From: a virus
Lineage: Duplodnaviria > Caudoviricetes
Reading direction: 5' to 3' (one strand)
DNA length: 54,838 nt
IMG/VR virus record: IMGVR_UViG_3300032285_003295
Coordinates: 1-54,838 of that record
In this document: piece by piece, positions 9,044-17,929 of the stretch
How positions within the stretch are numbered: the stretch's first letter is position 1
Layout of the letters: every line of letters starts with the position of its first letter
Translations under genes and position numbers: made by a program
Notes under the pieces: generated by a model
What the model was told of the DNA's origin: nothing
Database searches by the model: none
The model's input: only the letters and a program-made list of their open reading frames with translations

Positions 9044-9721
9044 TTGGCAGATCAAGACATAACATCGATACCTGATTATGACGGTGGATCCTCCGGCGGA
9101 GGTGGATTAGACTTTTCAGGTGGTAGTTCATTCTATCCCTCGTCTCCGATTCAGGGAGCTTCAGGGGCAACATTCACTACAAGATATAGAAACGTTGCAT
9201 TAACTAGAGATCAATTCTCGATAATAAACGCAACCTTTAAAGATTTTAATGATCCATCTGAGCTCAGATTTATAGGAGACTCCCTGAGAGTCACCAAAAA
9301 AGCCGATACTTTAGATTTTCTTAGTTTGGCTGAGTTCTTCCATCCTCTCCAAGATTTTTCCGACTATCAAAAACAAACCTTTGTAATAAGTCCAAGAACA
9401 ACTGTTAATTTGGATCCTGCGGGGTTTCCTAATACTAATGGCGAGGTCTCTATGATAATTGCCAGAGCCTATTATTTGCCAGAATCTTCTAAGGATCAAA
9501 GAATTATTTTCTGGGAGTATGAGGGTTCAGGGAGAAACCCAATGGGACAATTTATGGTTTTAACAGGTGCGGTTAAAAATGGTTATTCGTGGCAGGGGTG
9601 GGATTTAAACCCATTCTCAACGGTGGACAATTCAGATCCTGCAAATATTTCCATGGGTGGAATTTTCTTTACCAATCCTGGTGATATGGATGTAAAAATC
9701 ACAATAATAACAGCGAACTAA
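9044..9721 (+). CDS. Hypothetical (probable virion) protein, paralog of 9723..10208
   Basis: TTG start; shares MG..MVL.G, GW.L and GGI.F.NP motifs with the next ORF. Confidence 0.65.
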   Translation: MADQDITSIPDYDGGSSGGGGLDFSGGSSFYPSSPIQGASGATFTTRYRNVALTRDQFSIINATFKDFNDPSELRFIGDSLRVTKKADTLDFLSLAEFFHPLQDFSDYQKQTFVISPRTTVNLDPAGFPNTNGEVSMIIARAYYLPESSKDQRIIFWEYEGSGRNPMGQFMVLTGAVKNGYSWQGWDLNPFSTVDNSDPANISMGGIFFTNPGDMDVKITIITAN

Positions 9722-9722
9722 A

Positions 9723-10208
9723 ATGGCAACACAACCGATAACATGTCCATATACACAGCCAGCTGGATTTAACTTCTTTAGAGGTAATCTAGTTTTGGAT
9801 GATGGATCTAAATCTACTCCTCCTATTTACATGGAGCTTTCTGATATTTTAGAGGAGGTTCAGGCTTTCTCTAAGAGCAGATCAAGTATTAGATCTGGAC
9901 AATGCTATATCTTAACCCAAACCGATATAGGGGATGAGCTAGGCTACGTCTCTTTTATTGCGGTTAAAGCAACATTTCCTGCAGGAACTTTAGAAAGCAA
10001 AAAGTATTTAAACTGGACATATCAGGGAAATACTTATACGATGGGGACATTAATGGTTCTGTCTGGCAAAAGACTATCTGCTGTAAGCTCTATTTATGAG
10101 GGCTGGCTTCTATCTAAACCGGGAGCATATTCCCAGAATGGTGGCATACTTTTTTGCAATCCACACCTAGATATTGATATAAAATTGGAAATATTGGTGG
10201 CTAGGTGA
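9723..10208 (+). CDS. Hypothetical (probable virion) protein, paralog of 9044..9721
   Basis: MGTLMVLSG, EGWLL, GGILFCNP. Confidence 0.65.
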   Translation: MATQPITCPYTQPAGFNFFRGNLVLDDGSKSTPPIYMELSDILEEVQAFSKSRSSIRSGQCYILTQTDIGDELGYVSFIAVKATFPAGTLESKKYLNWTYQGNTYTMGTLMVLSGKRLSAVSSIYEGWLLSKPGAYSQNGGILFCNPHLDIDIKLEILVAR

Positions 10209-10259
10209 TAAAACCATCACATTTTTAAATATATACTAAAAAGTTTCCGTCTCTATTCG

Positions 10260-10267
10260 GATATATA
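10260..10267 (+). promoter_or_regulatory. Late-class promoter GATATATA
   Basis: Abuts ATG 10268, suggesting the true start is ATG 10292. Confidence 0.6.
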
Positions 10268-10291
10268 ATGAGATCAAAAAAAATAAAAACT

Positions 10292-12865
10292 ATGGACTTT
10301 ATAAACCAAGTTAAACAACTAAAAGAGCAAACTAAATCTCCTGAGGTTAGACAAATATGCGAAAACTACCTTAATGGTGGAAGCAATGCTTCTAAAGAAG
10401 CTATTACAGATGCAATCAATGAGCATTTTTCTAAGGCTCCTGAGAGTTTGAATGTCCAGAACTACAGGGACGTTATTAAAAATGAAGAGATGCAAACAGC
10501 TAAAAGAATGGCTGATTCTTTAATGGAATCATGGGGTTCTACCTCAAAGTCTTCTTTGAATAACTCAGGCTCGTACATTTCTAATGTGAATGATGACAAT
10601 GCTCAAAGAATGTTAACTGAAAGCATGGAGAGTCTTTCTAACGAGGATCCTACAGCAAAAGCTTTCGTTGAAGCTCAGGGTTTAAATAATATGGGTGTAA
10701 TGGAAGCAATTTCAACAATTAGAAATTCTTCTATCTACGATCATCCTGGTGTTAAAATAGTTTGTGAAAAATACGCTGGACTTATACAGGCTAAGAGAGT
10801 CCCAGAATTTTCTTTGATCAATAATTTCGTAGCAGAGACTGCACCTTTCAAATGGGATACTACCATCGGATCTGTTGTAGAAGAGCTTAGCGAGAAAGCA
10901 AGTAAATATTCTAGAGAAATAGAAGTTTCTATAGTTTTAGAAAGAATCAAATCTAGTGGAAGCTATGGATTCTATTCAGAGCTTACAGAGTCATTAAACT
11001 CTTGGTTAGTTTCTGAAAACAGATCATCTGGTCTTTTAGCTAAAAATATATCTAAATGGTCTTTTAATCCGGTTGTTAGAAATCTAATTAACTACTTAAA
11101 TGTTAACGAGGCTAAATCTACTAATAAATTAGAAATCCCTATGAATGCTCAGGGAGAATCTACTGTTTCTAGAGTATACTCTCCAGTATTGGTAGAAAGT
11201 GAAAGAACACTATTCGCTATAGGTTCAACAATATTTGAGATGACAGAAGATACTTTTGAAAAAGTTTCTCCTAAGTCTTTTTCTAAAATTCCTGCTGATT
11301 ATTTACAACTTGTTTCTATAGCAAATGATAAATCTGTTAAAATCAACGAAAGCGGAATATCGGTTAGATTCGGTAAAAAATCAGTTAGATTGATAGAAGA
11401 AAACTCAGATATTTCAGTTTATTTGGATAGATCTAAATTGAAATTCAGATCTCTTGGCGAATTAGGAAAATTGCTAAGCTTAGAAACAGGATCTTATCTA
11501 GGAGTTAATGAGAGTCAAACTATAAACAATATTATCTCTCTTTACAGAGGATATAACGATATTGTAGAATTAGATTTTGCTAAATCTATAACTTCTAACA
11601 TCTATGAGGGATTAGGAATTAATCTTATCAAAGCTAACGGTAAAATATATTTACACCGTATAAATGAGGCAATGAGAGAAAATTCTCTATTCCAAGTTAA
11701 TGGAACACAGGCTGTTAAAGCTGTTAAGGATGTACTAAGATATGACATATCTGAAGGATTAACTGAATTCTTAGAAGGCGAGCAAAAGGTTAAATCTGTA
11801 ATGGTAAACGATAGAACTAAAGTTCTTGAAAACATTTCAAAGGTTGAATCCGAAATTAACAAATTGGAGACATTAATGGAAAGCAATCCTCTTTACTCTA
11901 ATTCTAAAGAGATAAAATCAGCTCACTCCCTTTTGAATAACGAACTATCAGTTCTTAAAGAAAAATGGAATCAAATAAATCTAGAATTATCTAAGATAGA
12001 ATCTGAGCCTCAGGCAGAAGCGGATCTTTTAGAGGATAGCGCATTTAATATCGGATCTTATATCAAAGTAAAGGAATCGGGTGAAACTGGAAAGATCATA
12101 TCTGTAGATGGAACATCTGGAAGATACACAGTTCTTTTAGATAACGGAAAAACCACAGATTTATTGGTTAATGAAATAGTTGATCTAGAGCAGGCTTTAA
12201 ATCAAGCATCTGAGGAAAATCCAGAAACGAATGATGCAGATGAAGACGGTCAAGAAGAAATGAAGGAGTCTAACAATTTCAATAAGTCAAATTTAAAAAT
12301 ATCAGAGCAAAAGAAAATATTAAAAACACTTGCTACAAATCATGGATTTGCAAAAGCACCAGGAGAGAATAAAGACGAAATAGAAATGGGAATGGATAGC
12401 GTTCATGGCTACAACATTACAATGAATGAAGCTAAAGCAAAGGCAGAAAAACCAGTCTTAGCTAAAGCACCTGGGGATAGCAAACTTAATAAAGGTAAAG
12501 AGGGTAATCCAAAAGGATCATTAGAAACTGCTCCTGGAAATGATAAAATGGCTAAAGGAAAAGTAGCGGGAGCGAAAGATCTAGAAGAAGCTCCTGGGGC
12601 TAAAGGAAAAACAGACTTTGATGGACACGATGGAGCTGAAAATGGATATGAAATAGGATACAACCTAAGAGAGCAAGAGAATGGCAAATTAGCAGAAGCA
12701 CCAGAAAACGGGAAGGGAGCTAAAGAAACTAAATCAACATCATCAGCATTAGTATCTAAACAAAATTTAGCTAAAGCACCCGGTAAAGGTAAAGAAGTTG
12801 ATTTTGAAGCTAATGATGACAATGGATATAATTTGGCCGAATCTGAGGATTTAAAAAAAAACTAA
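10292..12865 (+). CDS. Large putative prohead core/internal head protein with (K/E)APG repeats; probable -1 frameshift extension to 13023
   Basis: Late promoter; many L/I/M-x-E sites; coiled-coil; SH3/KOW-like segment FNIGSYIKVKESGETGKIISVD; C-terminal LAKAPG and GYNxxE repeats. Confidence 0.6.
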   Translation: MDFINQVKQLKEQTKSPEVRQICENYLNGGSNASKEAITDAINEHFSKAPESLNVQNYRDVIKNEEMQTAKRMADSLMESWGSTSKSSLNNSGSYISNVNDDNAQRMLTESMESLSNEDPTAKAFVEAQGLNNMGVMEAISTIRNSSIYDHPGVKIVCEKYAGLIQAKRVPEFSLINNFVAETAPFKWDTTIGSVVEELSEKASKYSREIEVSIVLERIKSSGSYGFYSELTESLNSWLVSENRSSGLLAKNISKWSFNPVVRNLINYLNVNEAKSTNKLEIPMNAQGESTVSRVYSPVLVESERTLFAIGSTIFEMTEDTFEKVSPKSFSKIPADYLQLVSIANDKSVKINESGISVRFGKKSVRLIEENSDISVYLDRSKLKFRSLGELGKLLSLETGSYLGVNESQTINNIISLYRGYNDIVELDFAKSITSNIYEGLGINLIKANGKIYLHRINEAMRENSLFQVNGTQAVKAVKDVLRYDISEGLTEFLEGEQKVKSVMVNDRTKVLENISKVESEINKLETLMESNPLYSNSKEIKSAHSLLNNELSVLKEKWNQINLELSKIESEPQAEADLLEDSAFNIGSYIKVKESGETGKIISVDGTSGRYTVLLDNGKTTDLLVNEIVDLEQALNQASEENPETNDADEDGQEEMKESNNFNKSNLKISEQKKILKTLATNHGFAKAPGENKDEIEMGMDSVHGYNITMNEAKAKAEKPVLAKAPGDSKLNKGKEGNPKGSLETAPGNDKMAKGKVAGAKDLEEAPGAKGKTDFDGHDGAENGYEIGYNLREQENGKLAEAPENGKGAKETKSTSSALVSKQNLAKAPGKGKEVDFEANDDNGYNLAESEDLKKN

Positions 12866-13023
12866 GTCGTAACTTTTACTTTGCACCAAAGGGTGAAAAT
12901 CAAAATGCGCCAGGCAAAAAGTTCGTAGATTCTCTAGAGGGTAAACTTAGTAAAGCCCCTACAGGTAAAGAAAATAAACCTGAAGATACAGAGGATTCAG
13001 AAGGACACGAAGATTCTAAATAA
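12862..13023 (+). other. -1 frame extension of 10292..12865 (53 aa: LSRNFYFAPKGENQNAPGKKFVDSLEGKLSKAPTGKENKPEDTEDSEGHEDSK)
   Basis: Open frame with no ATG, entered by -1 slip at TTAAAAAAAAAC; continues the AP repeats; terminator lies after its stop. Confidence 0.7.
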
Positions 13024-13039
13024 TAGCATCATAAAATAT

Positions 13040-13071
13040 AAAGAGAACACAAATTAAGTGTTCTCTTTTTT
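13040..13071 (+). terminator. Rho-independent terminator
   Basis: AAAGAGAACAC-AAATTAA-GTGTTCTCTTT plus T-run. Confidence 0.85.
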
Positions 13072-13074
13072 ATT

Positions 13075-13102
13075 GAAATTTTTTGATGTGTTTGAACTAA
13101 AA
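13075..13102 (+). promoter_or_regulatory. Middle-class promoter GAAAT-N18-TAAAA upstream of late sigma gene
   Basis: Same bipartite motif and spacing, immediately after terminator. Confidence 0.6.
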
Positions 13103-13136
13103 TAGAACAGTAATCTCTAAATAATAAAAAACTTTA

Positions 13137-13496
13137 ATGGCAAAAGACTATGTTAAAAACAGTGACCTCATGGCAGCTGTTGTAGAATCCAAAAAGCAAG
13201 GAAAGCTAACCCCTGAAACTATTGCAATGTTTACCCTAATGATACAGGGGATTTCCAAAAAAATGGCCTACAAGGATCCTGATGATAAAGATGACTGCAT
13301 GGCTTTTGCTATGGAGGATTTGTGCAAGTATTGGGATAGATTCAATCCTGCAAAATCAAATAACCCATTTGCATACTTTACCCAGATTGCAAAGAATGGA
13401 TTTGCCAAAGGATGGAAAAAACTACATCCACCTAAAAGTCCTAAAACTATTCCGTTTAGCCATATAACTGGAGACGATAACACATACAATGTTTAA
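13137..13496 (+). CDS. Late-transcription sigma factor (T4 gp55-like), minimal 119 aa
   Basis: YVKNSDL N-terminus and RFNPAKSNNPFAYFTQIA signature. Confidence 0.85.
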   Translation: MAKDYVKNSDLMAAVVESKKQGKLTPETIAMFTLMIQGISKKMAYKDPDDKDDCMAFAMEDLCKYWDRFNPAKSNNPFAYFTQIAKNGFAKGWKKLHPPKSPKTIPFSHITGDDNTYNV

Positions 13497-13978
13497 TGAC
13501 TGATATCAAAAAAATAAAGCCTAATGGCGAGTATAAATCAGGTTTATATGAGCCCACCAATTCCGATAAGTATATAGGTGATATTCATAACATTATATAC
13601 AGATCTTCATGGGAGTATAGGTTTTGTATGTATTGCGATAATAATGATTCTATAGTAAAATGGTCATCTGAGCCAATCACGATAAAATATTATAATCCTT
13701 TAGATAAGAAAGAACATGATTATCATGTAGATTTTTATATCAAGGTTCAAAACGGTGATGAGTTTCAGGAGTGGATAATAGAGATAAAACCAGAGAAGCA
13801 AACTAAAAAGCCTTTATATGAGGGCAATATGACACTATCAAAGCTAAAGTCATACAATAGAAATATGCAGATTTGGATTACAAACCAGGCTAAATTTAAA
13901 GCGGCTAGGGAATGGGCAGAAAAAAGAGATTTTAAATTTGGTGTGGTTGATGAGAATTTTTTATTTAAAAGCCGATGA
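13496..13978 (+). CDS. Head completion nuclease (T4 gp4-like, TnsA fold)
   Basis: KYIGD..NIIYRSSWE, WSSEP, Y.VDF, IEIKP, NQAKF.AA. Confidence 0.88.
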   Translation: MTDIKKIKPNGEYKSGLYEPTNSDKYIGDIHNIIYRSSWEYRFCMYCDNNDSIVKWSSEPITIKYYNPLDKKEHDYHVDFYIKVQNGDEFQEWIIEIKPEKQTKKPLYEGNMTLSKLKSYNRNMQIWITNQAKFKAAREWAEKRDFKFGVVDENFLFKSR

Positions 13979-14586
13979 AAAAGTACTCTGAATCTGTTTT
14001 AGAATATAAAAATAGTTTTAAAAATACTGCTGACCTAGTTTCTAATACAGATAAAATATTTAAGGAAAAGTACTTCCCACAGGGATCTTCTAATAAAAAA
14101 TTTACCCCTCCGTTCATACCCGGACAAATCTACTCGTTCTACTACAGCACCGAATCTAAATTAGGAAAGGATCGACTTTTTATAAATAGAAATCCTATAG
14201 TTCTTTGCACGGATGTTTTTAAAAACCAAGATTCAGGGACAATTTTAAAGGGGATAGACATAATAACTATACCTCCCGCATATAGAGTTCAGATAATAGC
14301 TAAGATTTTTGATAGCTTCTCTAATACAATAGAGAAAAACGATACATCCTATGATAAAGGAGGAAAAATAGAACCTATATTGCTGAAAGATCAATTTCTG
14401 GAGAGAGCTTTAGCTGGAACTGGGTATAAGAAATCCCTTTTTGGATTTAAAGCTATTTTTATGGAAAAAATAAAGATTCTGGATCTAGAGGATTGGTATA
14501 AACTACCATATCTAAAAGAGTCCTTGATAGAGGGCTTAGATCAGGAGGGGATATATAAGGAATACAAGTCGAAATTAATCGCCTAG
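13975..14586 (+). CDS. DNA end protector-like protein (T4 gp2-like)
   Basis: PGQIYSFYY...NRNPIVL...GID...IPPAYR pattern; adjacent to gp4-like gene. Confidence 0.55.
   Translation: MKKYSESVLEYKNSFKNTADLVSNTDKIFKEKYFPQGSSNKKFTPPFIPGQIYSFYYSTESKLGKDRLFINRNPIVLCTDVFKNQDSGTILKGIDIITIPPAYRVQIIAKIFDSFSNTIEKNDTSYDKGGKIEPILLKDQFLERALAGTGYKKSLFGFKAIFMEKIKILDLEDWYKLPYLKESLIEGLDQEGIYKEYKSKLIA
14550..14557 (+). promoter_or_regulatory. Late-class promoter GATATATA for the portal pair
   Basis: In 3' end of gp2-like gene, about 60 nt upstream of portal ATG. Confidence 0.5.
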
Positions 14587-14616
14587 AAAATACTAAAATA
14601 ATTCAAAGAGAAGTAA

Positions 14617-16227
14617 ATGGCAGGTTTTACAGATAGTACCCCGTCGGGTTCACCGGTAGTTCAGAGAATCAGAGATTCCCTGAAAAAACTGAGCACATTC
14701 GGGATGAAGTATGATGACATGGTTATCAGAAACTCTCAGGCTGTGGGTGTATCTGAAGCTGCTTTTTTGAATAAGAATAAATCGAATGTTGAGGACGAGA
14801 CGATGCTTTGGACCCTAGCCAAGCAGGACATCACCACTAAACAATTCATATCTTATTTTGATAAAGATTACAAGGGAAAAAGAGATTACCTTAGGAAATT
14901 CTCACTAAATCCAGAGGTTGAATGGGTTCTTGATACAATCTGCGATGAATCTATTTCGTATGATCCGTCTAATTTCTTTGCTTATCCTGATTTCCTTGAC
15001 CTAACTGATATTAACGAGAAGGTTAAAGACGAGCTTTATGATATCTATAAAAAGCTATATGATATTTGGGGCTTCTGTGACGATATCACTGCATGGCAAT
15101 ACTTCCGCCAGCTCTTGGTTGATGGATTTCTTTGTTTTGAGATCATATACGATAACACAGGAAAGGAAATAATAGGATTCAAGGAATTGGATCCTGTTAC
15201 AATAATACCTAGCGTTGAAAAGCAAGTAGATGGGTCTTTTTTAAACACATGGATGCAATTCCCCCAAGATCCTAAAAGAAGAAGAATTCTTTATGATCCA
15301 CAAGTAATCTATATTTCTTATGCTAAGGGTAATGCCATATCAAGAGTAAGCTATGTTGAGAGATTAATTAGACCTTATAATATACTTAGAATAATCGAGC
15401 ACACTAGGGTTATTTGGTCCGTAATGAATGCTTCCTTTAGGTTAAAGATGACCGTTCCTATAGGAACTAAATCCCAGCAGAAAGGGATGCAGACGCTTGG
15501 AGAGCTTATGAGTGTGTACAAGGAGGATATGCAACTTAATGATGACACTGGTGAACTCCTTGTAGATGGAAGACCCAAAATTCAATTTTACAAGAACTAT
15601 CTAATGCCTTCCGGTGTTAATGGTACCCCTAGAATAGAGCCTATAACCAATGAAGGACCAAATCTGAATGACACTACCCCTTTAAATTACTTCTTCGATA
15701 AATTTGTTCAGGAATCAAAAGTACCTTCCTCTAGATTCCATGGACCTGATGGCGGAACATCATCCACATATGCTAATGCTGCAGAGGGATTAGATAAAGA
15801 AGAGATTAGATTTTTTAAATTTATATCTAGGCTTAGATCTCTATTTCAAGAGATCCTAACTAAGCCTATGTGGATTCAGATGGTTAAGAAATATCCAAAT
15901 CTGGAAAAAGACTTTATGTTTAAAAGCCAACTTGGTCTTGATTATTTTTCAGATAATCCATTCCGTGTTAATCAGGAGATGGATATTATAAACAAAAGAA
16001 AAGAATCGGTTACCTCTATGCAAGCATTAGTTGGTGATGACGAAAAACCTTTTTTCTCTACTGCTTTTCTTATTGAAAATTTTCTAGGTCTTTCTAATCA
16101 GGATATACAGGCAAACAAAGAAGCAATTAAGAGGAAGGAAGAAGAAAAGAAAAAGGAAGAAAAGAAAGCAGGTAAAGAAGGTGGTGAAGAAGGAGGAGAA
16201 GCAGCAGGGGGAGGAGTAACATTATAA
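14617..16227 (+). CDS. Portal protein 1 (T4 gp20-like)
   Basis: 536 aa; PEVEWVLDTICDE, LLVDG, ELDP, SYVERLIRPYNILRIIE, YFFDKF...VPSSR, EEIRFFKFISRLR. Confidence 0.85.
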   Translation: MAGFTDSTPSGSPVVQRIRDSLKKLSTFGMKYDDMVIRNSQAVGVSEAAFLNKNKSNVEDETMLWTLAKQDITTKQFISYFDKDYKGKRDYLRKFSLNPEVEWVLDTICDESISYDPSNFFAYPDFLDLTDINEKVKDELYDIYKKLYDIWGFCDDITAWQYFRQLLVDGFLCFEIIYDNTGKEIIGFKELDPVTIIPSVEKQVDGSFLNTWMQFPQDPKRRRILYDPQVIYISYAKGNAISRVSYVERLIRPYNILRIIEHTRVIWSVMNASFRLKMTVPIGTKSQQKGMQTLGELMSVYKEDMQLNDDTGELLVDGRPKIQFYKNYLMPSGVNGTPRIEPITNEGPNLNDTTPLNYFFDKFVQESKVPSSRFHGPDGGTSSTYANAAEGLDKEEIRFFKFISRLRSLFQEILTKPMWIQMVKKYPNLEKDFMFKSQLGLDYFSDNPFRVNQEMDIINKRKESVTSMQALVGDDEKPFFSTAFLIENFLGLSNQDIQANKEAIKRKEEEKKKEEKKAGKEGGEEGGEAAGGGVTL

Positions 16228-16236
16228 AAATTAAAA

Positions 16237-17904
16237 ATGGCAGGATTTTTAGACGCATTTAAACCAAACCAGTCCGCTCTTGGAAACATAATCCGGAATA
16301 TTGGAAAAATTTCTAAGTTTGGGATGGAATATGATGATATGGTTGTGAGAAACTCACAAGCAATCGGAAAAACAGAATCTGCTTTTTTTAATCAGCAAGG
16401 AACTGGCTTTACTGAGAATGATGCTTTCTACTGGACTCTTTCATATCAAGACACTAGGGTTAGAAAATACATTGCATACTTTGATAAAGACTATATAGAG
16501 AAAAGAAACTTTCTAAGAAAGTTTTCCCTTAATGGTGAAATAGAATTTATACTAGATACCATAACTGATGAATGTATCTCTTATAACGATAGAAACTTCT
16601 TTGCCACACCTTCTTTTGCCAACCTTAATGATATAAAGGATAAAGTTAAAAACAAAATTACGGACCACTATAATCGTTTATATAACGTCTTTGGATTTCA
16701 GAATGGTGTTTTAGCTTGGCAGTTTTTCAAGCAGTTTTTAGTTGATGGATTTCTTTGCTTTGAGATAATATACGATAACAAGGGTAAGGAGATTATAGGT
16801 TTTAAAGAGCTAGATCCAACCTCAGTGCAACCTGCCGTTGAAAAAATCAGCGAGAGCGAATATGCACAATTTTGGATTCAATATCCAAAGAATCCCCAGA
16901 TGACACGAAAGCTTACCAACGAGCAGATTGTCTATATTTCTTATGCTAAGGGTAATTCAATATCAAGAGTAAGCTACCTGGAAAGACTGGTTAGGTCTTA
17001 TAACATTCTAAGAATAATGGAGAACTCCAGAGTTATTTGGAATGTGATGAATGCCTCTTATAGGCTTAAATTTGTTATTCCAACCGGTAGTCAATCCCAA
17101 CAAAAAGCTTTGCAAACGTTGGGACAATTGATGTCTAATTATAAGGAGGAATATTCACTTAATGATAATTCGGGAGAATTAACGGTTAACGGTAAACCTA
17201 AAGTCCAATTCTATAAAAATTATCTCTTTCCAGAACAAAACGGACAAGCTCCTGATATATCATCTCTAAATCCTGCAGGTCCTGACTTCAATGTAATGGA
17301 CAACGTTCTTTACTTCTTCAATAAATTGAAGATGGATTCTAAAATACCTTATGCTAGATTTGCTTCAAGAGGATCAACTCCTGTAAACTATCAAGCAGGG
17401 ATAGATGCATTAGAAAGAGATGAGGTTAGATTTGAAAAATTCTTAAGAAGACTGAGATCTGTTTTTCAGGAAATCTTAGTTAAACCACTCTATATACAAA
17501 TGTGTTTAGATTTCCCTGAGCTTTCTAAAGATAGAGCATTCAAGGCAAATCTTGGTCTTAATTTCCATAAAGACAGTGAACTTGAGTCTATGATAGAGCT
17601 TGCGAATTATAAAAAGAGAGGAGAATTTATAGCGGGTCTCTTGGAGCTAAAGGTTAAAGTTGGGGAGGAAGAGAAATCTTATTTTGACAATAATTTTTTA
17701 ATTCAGAGATATCTTGGTCTAAATCCAGAACAGACCAGAATTAACGAGGAGTACAAGAAAAGAGAGGCAAAAGAAGCTGAAAAGGCTGGTGCAGCTGGTG
17801 GGGAAGCAGCCGCTGGTGGAGAATCAGCTGCGGGCGGAGAAGCAGCTCCTGCCGCAGGAGAAGCAGCTGCTGGGGGTGGAACAGAAGAAGCTCCTGCCGT
17901 ATAA
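16237..17904 (+). CDS. Portal protein 2 (T4 gp20-like paralog)
   Basis: 555 aa; same motifs (SYLERLVRSYNILRIME, YFFNKL...IPYAR, RDEVRFEKFLRRLR); Ala/Gly/Glu tail. Confidence 0.85.
   Translation: MAGFLDAFKPNQSALGNIIRNIGKISKFGMEYDDMVVRNSQAIGKTESAFFNQQGTGFTENDAFYWTLSYQDTRVRKYIAYFDKDYIEKRNFLRKFSLNGEIEFILDTITDECISYNDRNFFATPSFANLNDIKDKVKNKITDHYNRLYNVFGFQNGVLAWQFFKQFLVDGFLCFEIIYDNKGKEIIGFKELDPTSVQPAVEKISESEYAQFWIQYPKNPQMTRKLTNEQIVYISYAKGNSISRVSYLERLVRSYNILRIMENSRVIWNVMNASYRLKFVIPTGSQSQQKALQTLGQLMSNYKEEYSLNDNSGELTVNGKPKVQFYKNYLFPEQNGQAPDISSLNPAGPDFNVMDNVLYFFNKLKMDSKIPYARFASRGSTPVNYQAGIDALERDEVRFEKFLRRLRSVFQEILVKPLYIQMCLDFPELSKDRAFKANLGLNFHKDSELESMIELANYKKRGEFIAGLLELKVKVGEEEKSYFDNNFLIQRYLGLNPEQTRINEEYKKREAKEAEKAGAAGGEAAAGGESAAGGEAAPAAGEAAAGGGTEEAPAV
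17785..17900 (+). repeat. Low-complexity AAGGE repeats in portal 2 C-terminus
   Basis: AGAAGGEAAAGGESAAGGEAAPAAGEAAAGGG; locally GC-rich. Confidence 0.8.
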
Positions 17905-17929
17905 AGATTAACATCTAAAATGTATAGTC

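Noticed and set aside
13496-13978. TnsA transposase or homing endonuclease
   Set aside because: Motifs and gp2/portal context fit T4 gp4 head completion nuclease
14617-17904. Portal duplication as an assembly artefact
   Set aside because: The copies differ extensively in DNA and protein sequence, so they are true paralogs
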